Assembly: GCF_963921235.1 (NCBI RefSeq)
Contig: NC_086097.1
Span: 39,868,001-39,932,000, forward strand
Direction: 5' to 3'
Origin: Mobula hypostoma
Lineage: Eukaryota
Length of the DNA stretch: 64,000 nucleotides
A program made the position numbers and the translations under genes. The notes below the pieces were generated by a model. That model had not been told where the DNA came from. It did not search any database and worked only from the letters and a program-made list of their open reading frames with translations. This document shows positions 35,858 to 46,849 of the stretch, one piece after another. Position 1 is the first letter of the stretch, and every line of letters starts with the position of its first letter.

Positions 35858-36693
35858 GCAACGCACAAAAAGTGCTGGAGGAACTCAGCAGGCCAAGGAG
35901 CACCCATGGAAAAAAGTACGGTCGACATTTCAGGCTGAGACCCTTCATCAGAACTGGAGAAAAAAAGTGAGGAGTCAGAGTTAAAAGATGGGGGGAGGGG
36001 AGGAAGAAACACAAGGTGATGGGTGAAACCACAGGATTGGGGGGAAGGGGAGAAGTAAAGAGCTGGGAAGTTGACCTATGCTCTGTCTGTCAGAAAAAGT
36101 AGAAATCTCCTAGCAGCCACCCATTTTAATTCCACTTCCCATTCTTATTTTGATATGTCAGTCCATGGCCCTCTCTACTGTTGTGATGAGGCCACACTCA
36201 GGTTGGAGGAACAACACCTTGTATTCCATCTGGGTAGCCTCCAACCTGACGGCATGAACATTGATTTCTTGAACTTCCAGTAATGCTCCCCCTCCACTTC
36301 TCCATTTCCATTTCCCTCTCTCAACTTATCGCCTTATCTGTCCATCACTTCCCTCTGGAGCTCCTCCCCCTTTTCTTTCTTCCATGGCCTTCTGTCCTCT
36401 CCTATCAGATTTCTCCTTTTCCAGCCCTGTATCTCTTTCAATCAATTTCCCAGCTCTTTACTTCACACCTCCCACTTCCAGTTTCACCGATCAACTTGTG
36501 TTTCCTCCTCCCCTCCCCCCACGTTCTTACTCTGACTCCTCATCTTTTTTTCTCCAGTCCTGCTGAAGGGTCTCGGCCCGAAGCATTGACTGTTTACTCT
36601 TTTCTATAGATACTGCCTGGCCTGGTGAGTTCCTCCAGCTTTAGTGTGTGTTGCTTGGATTTCTAGCATCTGCAGATTTCCTCTTGTTTGTGA
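35858..36693 (+). mobile_element. Penelope-like 3' fragment (GIY-YIG C-terminus) with an inverted terminal-repeat copy
   Basis: ORF 36071..36283 A.HFNSTSHS..DMSVHG.L.C.DEATLRLEEQHLVF.LGSLQPDGMNIDF. Terminal motif is on the minus strand at 35860-36070 and on the plus strand at 36440-36690. Confidence 0.85.
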
Positions 36694-38877
36694 TTGGCCT
36701 CCTTCTCCTTCCTGTTCTAACCATGTGCCCATTGGTTCCAAGATTTGTCAGAACAACTGACGTTTATGCAATTTTTGGAAACCTGGAATTTTTGCTTGTC
36801 AACATTGCATCATTGAATGCCATTTTTGACTTACTCCTTAGTCCTGGGAATACGAGTGAGGCACATTACTGGTATAAAGACCATTCAAGCAATAAGTTTG
36901 GCCATCTGCTGCTATACTTCATTTCTTTGAATGATTTTCTCTGCTCATCAGTGAAATTATGACAGTTCTCAAAAGACACCCAAAAAATTTCTGAGCAACC
37001 CACACAAAATGCTGGAGGAACTCAGCAGGCCAGGCAGCATCTAGAAAAAGAGTACAGTCGATATTTCGGGCCAAAACCTTTCAGCAGGACTGAGTGACTG
37101 TCAGGAGAAATGGAAATGTGAATAGGCAGGTTACTGGCACAGAGCATGTCTGTAGCGCAAAAGGGAAAGAGGGAGAAAAGAGGAGCAGTGGTGGTAGGGG
37201 ACTCAATAATCAGAAGAACAGACAAGAGATCCTATAAATGTGTAGGGACACCCGGATGGTATGTTGCCTCCCAGGTGTCAGGGTCAGGGACATCTTGGAT
37301 CACGACCACAGCATTTTAAAGAGGGAGGCAGAGCAACCAGATGTCTTGGTACAGATTGGTACCAACGTCATAGGAAACAAAAGCAAGCAGGTCCTGAAGA
37401 GAGAATTTAGAGAGCTAGGTAGAAAGCTGAGAAGCAGGAGCTTCTGGGATTGCTGCCTGTGCCACGCGCCAGTGAGGCTAGAAACAGGATGATTTGGCAG
37501 ATTAATGCCTGGCTGCGAAGCTGGTGCAGGGGGCAGGGCTTCAAGTTCCTCGATTATTGGGATCTCTTCTGGGGGAGGTATGATCAGTTCAAAAGTGAAG
37601 GGTTGCACCTGAACCAGAGGAGAACCAGTATTTTCACGTGCAAGTTTGTTAGAGCTGTTCGGTAGGGTTTAAACTAATTTGGCAGGGGAATGGGAACCAG
37701 AGTGAAGGGACACAGGATAGGATGGTTGGTAAAATAACAAAGATAGCATGCAGTCAGACTATCAAGAAGGGCAGGTGGATGATAGGACATAGTTGCAGCC
37801 AGCAGGGTGAGTATCAGTGCATTAGGGATGCAGAATCAAAGATTGTAGCAAATATAGTACTCAAAGTGTTATATCTCAATGCACAGAGTATAAGAAATAA
37901 GGCGGATGATTTTGTTGAACTATTACAGATTGTCAAGTATGATGTTGTGGCCATCACTGAATCGTGGCCGAAGGTTGGTTGTAGTTGAGAGCTAAATGTC
38001 CAAGATTACGAATTGTATCCGAGGGATGGGAAGGTAGGCAGAGGGGTGGTGTGGCTCTGCTGGTAAAGAATGGCATCAAATCAGTAGAAAGATGTGACAT
38101 AGGATCAGAAGATGTTGAATCCTTGTGGGTTGAGTTAAGAAATTACAAGGGTAAAAAGCTCCTGATGGCAGTTATACACAGGCCTCCCAACAGTAGTTGG
38201 GATGTGAACCACAGAGTACAACAGGAAATAGAAAAGGAGTGTCAAAAGGGCAATGTTATGATAGTCATAAGAGATTTCAACATGTAGGTTGATTGGGAAA
38301 ATCTGTTTGGAAATGGATCTCAAGAGAGTGAGTTTGTTGAATGCCTACAAGATGGCTTTTTAGAGCAATTTATCATTCGGCCTGCTAGGGGATCAGCTAT
38401 ACTGGATTGGGTGTTATGTAAATGAACCAGAGGTGATTAGGGAGCTTGAGGTTAAAGAACCGTTAGGAGGCAGTGATCACAATATGATTGAATTCAACTA
38501 TGAATTTCATAGGGAGAAATGAAGGTTTGACTTAGCAATATTTCAGTGGAGTAAAGGAAATTACATTGCTATGAGAGAGGAGTTAGCCAAATTAAATTGG
38601 AATGAGATGCTAGCAGTCATGGCAGCAAAGCAACAATGCCGTGAGTTTCTGGAAAAAAAATGAGAAGGTGCAGGATAGATGTATTCCAACAATGAAGAAA
38701 TACTCAAATGGCAAAATAGTACAGCCATGGCTGACAAGGAAAGTCAAAACTAATGTGAAAACAAAAGAGAAGGCATACGACAAAGCAAAAAATTAGTCGG
38801 AAGATAGAGGATTGGGAAGCTTTTAAAAACCTACAGAGAGCAACTAAAAGAATCATTAGAAGGGAAAAGATGAACTA

Positions 38878-39340
38878 AGACTATAAGACCCTAAGACATG
38901 GGTGCAGAATTAGGCCATTCAACCCATCAAGTCTGCTCTGCCATTCCATCATGGCTGATCCTAGATCCCACTCAACCTCATACATCTGCCTCTCACAATA
39001 TTTTTTGATGCCCTGACTGATCAGGCAACGATCAACTTCTGCCTTAAATATACGCTCAGACTTGACCTTCACCACAGTCTGTGGCAGAGCATTCCACAGA
39101 TTTACTACTCCCTGCAAAAAAAAAATCCTCCTTACCTCTGTTCTGAAGTGTCACCACTCAATTTTGAGGCTGTGTTCTGTAGTTCTGGATACCCCCACCA
39201 TAGGAAACATCCTCTCCATATCCACCTTATCTAGTCCTTTCAACATTTGGTAGGTTTTGATGCGATCCCCACACATTCTTCTAAGTTCCAATGAGTACAG
39301 GCCCAAGCTGCCAAACACTCCTCATATGTTAACACCTTCA
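38878..39340 (-). mobile_element. CR1 3' fragment nested antisense in CR1
   Basis: ORF 38881..39117 (VVNLWNALP...FK.E.DR.L) and tail TAAGACTATAAGAC. Confidence 0.85.
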
Positions 39341-40815
39341 TTATATGACAACAAGCTAGCAAACAATATCAAAGTAGCTAGTAAAAGCTTTTTCAAGTAT
39401 GTAAAAAATAAAAGAGAAATGAGAGTAGATATAAGACCGCTAGAAAATGAGGATGGAGAAATAATAACAGGGGACAAGGAGTTAGCAGATAAACTAAATG
39501 AGTGTTTTGCATCAGTTTTCACTGTGGAAGATACTAGCAGTGTACCAGATGTTGTAGTGTGTGAAGGAAGAGAAGTGAGTGCAGTTACTATTACAAGGGA
39601 GAAGGTACTCAAAAAGCTGAAAGATCTGGGGTTCATAAGTCACCCAGACCAGATGATGAACTGCGCCTTAACGTTCTGAAAGAGGTAGCATTAGAGATTG
39701 TGGTGGCATTAGAAATGATCTTTCAAAAATCATTGTACTCTGGCATGGTGCCAGAGGACTGAAAAATCGCAAATGTCATTCCACTCTTTAAGAAAGGAAG
39801 AAGGCAGCTGAAAGGAAATTATAAACCAATTAGCCAGACCTCAGTGGTTGGGAAGATGTTGGAGTCAATTGTTAAGGATGAGGTTATGGAGTACTTGGTG
39901 ACATAAGACAAGATAGGACAAAGTCAGCGTGGTTTCCTTAAGGGAAAATCTTGCCTGACAAACCTGTTGGAATCCTTTGAGGAGATTACACGTAGGATTG
40001 ATAAAGGGGATGTAGTAGATGCTATATATTTGGACTTACAGAAGGCCCTTGACAAAGTGCCACACATGAGGCTGTTTATCAAGTTAGGAGCCCATGGTAT
40101 TTCGGGAAAGTTAATGGCATGGTTAGAACATTGTCTGATTGGGAGGAGACAGCAAGTGGTAATAAAAGGATCCTTGTCTGGTTGGCTGCCATTGACTAGT
40201 GGTTTTCCGGAGGGGTTGGTGTTGCGAGTGCTTCTTTTTATGCTGTATATCATTGATTTAGATGATGGAATAGATGGCTTTGTTGCCAAGTTTGCAGATG
40301 ATACAAAGGTTGGTGGAGGGGCAGGTAGTGTTGAGGAAACAGGTGGCTGCAGAAGGACTTAGGCATATTAGGCGAGTGGGCAAGAAAGTGGCAAATGAAA
40401 CACAATGTTGGAAAATGCATGGTCATACACTTTGGTAGTGGAGATAAATGTGCAGGAAAGGACTTGGGAGTTAATAAAGGTTAACTTGCAGGTTGAGCCG
40501 CTGATGAGGAAGGCAAATGCAATGTTAGCATTCATTTCAAGAGGTGTTGAATACATGAGCAGGGATGTGATGCTGAGGTTTTCTAAGGCACTGCTGTGGC
40601 CTCACCTTAGGTATTGTGAACAGTTCTGGGCTCCTCATCGAAGAAAATTTGTGATGGCATTTGAGAGGGTTTAGAGGTGGTTCACAAGGTTGATTCTGGG
40701 AATGAAAGGGTTATCATATGAGGAACTTTTGATGGCTGTGCGTATGTACTCACTGGAATTTAGAAGGATGAGTGGGGATCTCATTGAAACCTTTCGAATG
40801 TTGAAAGGCCTAGTC

Positions 40816-41164
40816 CAGTGTCCCTAACCTCCAAGCCACGGACCGATACCGGGCTGCAAGGCATGCAGGGGTGCAGCGGTAGCTGGGACCCACCCAGCAC
40901 ATCTTTAAGAAAAAAGCCGAAATAAACAAGCTAATTAATTAGGTGCCGCCTGGCACGTAAACATCGGCCCAGATCAGAGGCGATGCAATTGGCAATCGCC
41001 TCTGATCTGGGCCAACAATTACGTGCCGGGTGGCACCTAATTAATTAGCTTGTTTATTTCGGCTTTTTTCTTAAAGATATGCTGGGTGCGTTCTGGCTAC
41101 AACTGTACCGCTGCATTCTTCGCAGCAATGTATTGGTCCACGGCCCAGAGGTTGGGGACCACTG
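40816..41164. mobile_element. hAT (Charlie-type) MITE, strongly palindromic
   Basis: Termini CAGTGTCCCTAACCT and AGGTTGGGGACCACTG. 8-bp TSD GCCTAGTC/GCCTAGAC. Internal inverted repeat at about 40892-41087. Confidence 0.88.
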
Positions 41165-41524
41165 GCCTAGACAGAGTAGATGTGGAAAGGATGTTTCTCA
41201 TGGTGGGGGGAGTCGAGGATGAGAAGATACAGCCTCAGGATAGAGGGGTGTCCATTTAAAACAGAGATGCGGAGAAGTTTCTTTCATCAGAGGGTGGTGA
41301 ATTTGTGGAATTTATTGCCACAGGCAGCTGTGGAGGCAAGGTCATTGGGTGTATTTAAGACAAAGATTGATAATTTCTTGTTTAGACACGGTATCAAAAG
41401 TTACAGGGAATAGGCTGGGGAATGGGGTTGAGGAGAGGAATAAATGATCGGCCATGTTTGAATGGTGGAGCAGACTTGATGGGACAAATGCCTTAATTCT
41501 GCTGCTATGTCTTTTGGTCTTAAA

Positions 41525-42049
41525 ATTTTGACTCATCAGTCGAGATCACTTGTTGCCATTGTTCAGCTCCCCAGTCCTTGTACCTTTGTGCGAGGGTGAT
41601 TCTCTTAGCTTTATTTCTACTTTAGAGGAATGGCCTTTTGACGGCAATTCTTCTGTGAAGACCACTTCTGACAAGAGTTCTCTGGATTGTAGAGGGGTGT
41701 CCTTGTGTTCTAGTGGTTTCTGTGAGTTCAGAGCAGTACTGGACTTCTGATTTACAAGAGACATCAATTTGATGTACCTCTTGCCTGCTGCACTCAGTTT
41801 TCGTGTCTGAACATTGGATTTCTGGTCCCCAGCCTTTCCGTTTCTTTGTACTTCTTCAGAAGAGCTTGCACAGCACATCTGGAAACTCTCATCTGCTGCC
41901 AACTTTCTGCTTTGGAGAGACCTTGCTGATGTGGGATGACCACCTTGTGTCTTGTTGCCATGCTTGCTCTTGCCATGGTGTACGAATTGATGATTTAAAG
42001 GATAAACTGTCACATTTGCCATGCCCCCACTTTTAGTTTGGTTGTCCTT
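41525..42049 (-). mobile_element. Tc1-like transposase 5' fragment; upstream region probably continues at about 44727-44860
   Basis: ATRHKVVI.HQQGLS.A....Q..VSRCAVQALLKKYKET, then RKLSAA..RYIKL.SL.NQK.S. This is the Tc1 paired-type HTH region, frameshifted. Confidence 0.75.
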
Positions 42050-44520
42050 GTTCTTCTTTTGTGCTAATGGTGGGTCACACCTATCAGGAAGGCCACCTAC
42101 TGTAATGGAGTATGACAGAAGTCATAATGGGGATCAATCCTGCCTCCCAAACCCGCCTTAATTAAAAATTTACCAGGGCCCTACATGACTTAATCATTCT
42201 TGCTTCAGCTCACAGAATATCCTGCAACCTAGGCACCCAGATCTACACATTAATGGCCTAAACAGCTTCCTATGTTCTGATGAGAATCTGTGGCACACCA
42301 TGATCACATGTTCCAGTGTTTCTAGTACCTTACCTAACGCACACCACCTATTTCCATGTTTACCAACAAGTGCCAAAATGGAGTGCAAACCCATACTGTC
42401 TGTCCAAACCTCAGTCTTGCCAACCACACATCTTCCCTCCTGTTCCTTCAGAAAAGGTGCCTCCCCCGAAATGATGGAAACAAATTGTGATACCACCTCC
42501 CTGCACCACTCCTATCCCATACATTCTGTCATGTTCTAATCCCAGCCAACCTAATACAAGATTTGGCTTCATACTCTCCTACGTATATTGACTGTAATAT
42601 CTGCCTCTGACTTAGTAAGTGCCTGTTTTGTTGTAACATTTGCCCTTTCATCACCCGATACACCCAGATGTGTAGGTACCCAACAAGACTGTACTACTCT
42701 TCCTGCACTCTCCAGAACATATAAATTGTAATACACTTCCGTCAACGGATCAGGTCTCCTTGAACACTTTGATCCAAACTCTGTAGTACTGAGGCAGAAT
42801 CTGAGCAGACCACGACTCTACCTGGCTTAGCTTGTTCAACCCATTGTAAACTAATGATAACAGCCATAAATTCTGTCAGCCTTTTCCCCGCCTCAGCATT
42901 AAACCAGGGGATAAATATCCCTGAGCTCACCTGGTTACCAACTGGGTCTTCAGCGCACTTTGTAAAGGTAGGATAAAAGGAAAAATACTGCTGTTTTAAG
43001 TTACCAGACACCCTCTCACCACCCACAAGACCCTGTCCATCCCCCAGTAATGACAAATTTATTCCCACATCTGGAAATTTCCAAAGTGGAACTCCTGGCC
43101 AGGTCACTGTTGGGCTAATCCACAAATCCCCAAGACCATCTCACACATATTCCCTAATTATCCACCCAAAACATTTACCACCTTGCTGGTATATTCCCAA
43201 CAATCTATTAAAACTGAATATGTGAAATGGGACGTCCTCTACCCTACTATGGAAATCCAGCACGCAAGGGTCAATTTTCTTCTCCGCAGGTCAAGAGGCA
43301 TCTTGCCTAGTTCAACCACCAATGCATCTCAATGTTGGTTCGGAATGCTCCACTACAGATTCTAGGTGCACTGGCCTGTAGGACATCCAACCTATATAAA
43401 ACTGAACAGGCTGCCTCCTCATAATTCATACAACCATAGTCCAGCAAGAGCTCATTAAAGAATGATAATTTGTCAGTAGCACACCCCTAGAAGCTCCCCA
43501 GTAATACACAGTCATACACTGCAAAAAGTTAATGACCTGCTTATCTTTATCCTCCAAAAACTTTATATGTATTCTCTAAGTCAATCTGGCATCTAACCAT
43601 AACCCCAAGTTTTCAACACGGAACACCCATACAGAGTAAAGTGAGTATTGTCTAACCCATGTTTCTGAGTAAGAAACACATATTTTGACTCAGAAACAGA
43701 AAATTTTAAACCCCAGTCTGAAGACCATTCTCTCATTGCTGATAACGCTGTTTACACAGATCTTACCACAGAGGCAGTATTACAGCTCCTTACTGATTCT
43801 TTTACTATAAAAGCTTTCCAAATATAATTTCCCTGTAGTGCAAGTGCATCATATATAGATCTCCCTTTATGTAAACCACATTGGTAGTGACTTAAGGCTG
43901 ATTTATACTTTTGCGTCAAATCGACACCGTAACCTACGCAAGTGGCCTACGCGCGTTGTGACCATTTATACTTGTGCGTTGGTGTGTCTGCATCGCTCTG
44001 CAATTTGCGCAAGGCTACATGGTCATGATAGTCTTTCTCAGGGTAAACAAGTTTAAAGCGAGCGTCTTTTTTCGTGAAAGCGAAATGTGTCCTCCATAAT
44101 TTCGGAGGTCTGTAAAGCTTTATGGAAAGCATTGCAGCCAGAGTTCCTTCCCTGTCCTTCAGTTGCCCGATGGGAAGCTATGACAGCGTAGGAAGAAATG
44201 CGATGCTGCCAAGCGGACCAATCACAGCTGTTGCGGTCTGTGTTGCCGTGACGTGTAGTTACATTTTGGGAGAGGAGTGCATCAGGCTACGGCGTAGGGA
44301 TCCACGTAGGCACTGCGTATGGTTTGCAGCTACGCCATACCAACGGCGTCAATTTGACACAGAAGTATAAATCAGCCTTAAGTAATTCTCTCTTCTGTAA
44401 AACCAATATCAGTCTCATTGCTGTAGTTTTCTCCATTATTTTGCAAAGTGAAGAGGTGAGAACAAAAGCCTGTAGCTACTTGGCAGCATCAGATCCTTCC
44501 CAGGTTAACAATAGGCAACA
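42050..44520 (-). mobile_element. Nimb/I-clade LINE with RNase H, decayed
   Basis: EFMAVIISLQWVEQ..P.RVVVCSDSASVLQSL (RNase H), C..GKVLET.EHVI..C knuckle, 3' end CAGTAGGTGGC...AAGAAGAA. Possible TSD TTGGTTRTCCTT near 42038 and 44527. Confidence 0.75.
43895..44378. mobile_element. PIF/Harbinger-type MITE
   Basis: Imperfect ~35-bp TIR AGGCTGATTTATACTTTTGCGTCAAATCGAC / GTCAATTTGACACAGAAGTATAAATCAGCCT, flanked by TTA and TAA. Removing the element plus 3 bp restores the host LINE frame (RELLSHYQCG). Confidence 0.8.
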
Positions 44521-44899
44521 CCACAGTTGGTTATCCTTTCACAAACAAGAGAAAAACTGCAGATGCTGGAAATCAAAGCAACACATCTAAAATGCTGGAG
44601 GAACTTAGCAGGCCAGGCAGCATCTATGGATGCATCTTTGGAAGGGTCTCACCCCAAAACATAAACTGTACTTTTTTCCACAGATGCTGCCTAGCCTGCT
44701 GAGTTCCTCGAGCATTTTGTGTGTGTTGGTTGTCCTTTGCCCAGTTTGATTCCTTCTACACCTGTTTCTATTTCAGTTAATTAGTTTAGTTCGTTCGACT
44801 CATTATGTCGTTGATCATTAGCATCCTGTTTGTTATCTTTGTTTAATCATGCACCAGCCTATATATACACACAAAGTAATCAAGATTTTTTTTTATTTC

Positions 44900-45921
44900 T
44901 TGGAGTTAAGATTGGTCACCGGGTTTCAGATGGTGTTTCTGTCTTTGCAACAGAATTATTAGCAATCCTCTGGGCCTTATGGTGGATAGAAGACTCTTGA
45001 CCACATAGGGTTATCATCTGTTCGGATTCTGCTGCTGCCTTAGAGTCTGTAAAAGGGAGTAAATCTAAAGCTTATCCTGACATAGTTATTGAGATTCTCT
45101 TAGTGTTGTTTAGAGTAGAGAAGATGGGCTGTGCAGTTAGATTTTCATGGATACCTGGGCATGCTGGGGTGGAGGGAAATGAAATTGTGGATGACATTGC
45201 AAAGTCTTCCTTACAGAGCAGGCAAGTAGAAATTAGAGTTCCCCTAGGCAGAGCAGAATTAAGAAGTAGGATTAAAAAAGGTATAGAGAAGAAGTGGCAG
45301 GAGGATTGGAAAAATGAATTAAGGGGCAGGCATTATTTTTCTCGTCACCCACTAGTTAAAAAGGTCTCAGACTGTCACCTTCTAAGTCATAGAGATACAA
45401 GACTTGGGTTGGGGCATTGTGGGTTGAACTATTATTTAAAGATAATAGGAAAACATCCTATCCTGACGAAGGGTCTCGGCCTGAAACGTCGACTGCGCCT
45501 CTTCCTATAGATGCTGCTTGGCCTGCTGCGTTCACCAGCAACTTTGATGTATGTTGCTTGAATTTCCAGCATCTGCAGATTTCCTGTTGTTTGAGGAAAA
45601 CATCCTACTGGATTATGTGACTTTGGTAGTCCAGAGACAGTCCAGCATGTTTTGCTGAGCTGTAATTGATACAAAATTGAAAGAAGCATGTTGTTCAAGA
45701 GGCTATCTGGCTTAAATTTATCTTGGTTTTCTATTAAATCTTTGTTTGGCCATCAAGAGAATCAACATCTGATTGAAGAGTCTATCATTCAGTTTATACG
45801 TGAGACTAGGTTGTATTTGAGAATTTGAGTTCCTTGAAGTTCTATAATTAATTATACATCCTGTGGAGGGCTGTAATACGCCTAGATGCGTCTAAACAGG
45901 AAGAAGAAGAAGAAGAAGAAG
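44900..45921 (+). mobile_element. Second Nimb/I-clade LINE 3' fragment (RNase H, zinc knuckle, (GAA)n tail)
   Basis: IICSDSAAALES, FSWIPGHAGVEGNEIVDDIAK, RLGLGHCGLN, CDFGSPETVQHVLLSC, ending in GAAGAAGAAG. A Penelope terminus is inserted at about 45461-45594 with TSD GGAAAACATCCTA. Confidence 0.85.
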
Positions 45922-46849
45922 ACTACTTTTATTTGGAAAGTGGTCTATTACTTAATATCTTACTTTCCTTAACAAAGTACAAACATTTCTCTGTAACATT
46001 TTAAGTGTTTGGAAAATGAATGTTTGGACATCTAAAATTTGTTCTTTTGTACAGACACAATAAAGCAGCTGTAAATATTGTTAAATAAATGAATAACTCC
46101 ACACTCAATGCTTGGTGAAATGGCAGTTTAAGAATTTCTTTACTTTTACAACAGCCCAATACATCATTTTAATATTCGGAGAATATTTTTATTCAAAAAG
46201 TTTTATAGAGGCTTCATAACCTAAAACCAAGCAACAGGTACAAATATTTATAGCTAATAGGTATTTTCATCTTACTTGCTGATGCCATAACATTCAGTTG
46301 GCATTTCCATTGTTCTGTTTACTTTCCAACTTTTGACAATGATTGATTTTGATAGTTTTGCCTTTAACAACAGAGCATTTATCACCTTACTTTCTGCTTC
46401 GTCTATATATTTACTACATGTGCAGTTAATTAAGTTGGTCAGTACAGACAGCAGGAAGTTTATGAATTTGTTTGATGAAGGTGGTGAACAGAGATAGTAT
46501 CTTTGACTTTGATCCATTGCGCCAGAGGAAAACAGCTGCAATTCCAATAGCAATAACCAAAAACAACCTAATTATTTAAGAATTCTTTATGTCCTTGTCT
46601 AGAGCCATGTGTGAATACATGGCTATAAACAAGTATGATTAAAAGATTGAGTGTATTGCAGACAAACCAGGCTTGGATGGAAAATTTCTTCATAACTGCT
46701 AATAAACATTGATTAATTATTCAACTGCAGAACTTTACTTATTCCAGTAAGACCACCTCAACCAAACGAAGCTCTTCTTTGACAGTCTCTTGGAATCAAG
46801 GATGACTTGCTCACTTTTTGGTCTTGTGGATTCTGACATGTCTAAAGAA

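Larger units (their letters stand above)
37100..41522 (+). mobile_element. Near full-length CR1 LINE (ORF1 esterase, APE endonuclease, RT), decayed
   Basis: ORFs 37238..37492 (CCLPGVRV, QIGTN.IG), 37722..37988 (YLNAQSIRNK, VAITESW), 37985..38287 (GGGVALLVK, RPPN) and 39967..40362 (KFADD), plus the CR1 3' end. Interrupted at 38878-39340 and 40816-41164. Confidence 0.9.

Noticed and set aside
43892..44381. piggyBac/Kolobok assignment from the TTAA on both sides of the MITE
   Set aside because: A 3-bp TWA duplication with AGGC..GCCT ends restores the reading frame of the interrupted LINE, whereas a 4-bp one does not. Harbinger is therefore preferred, though not proven.
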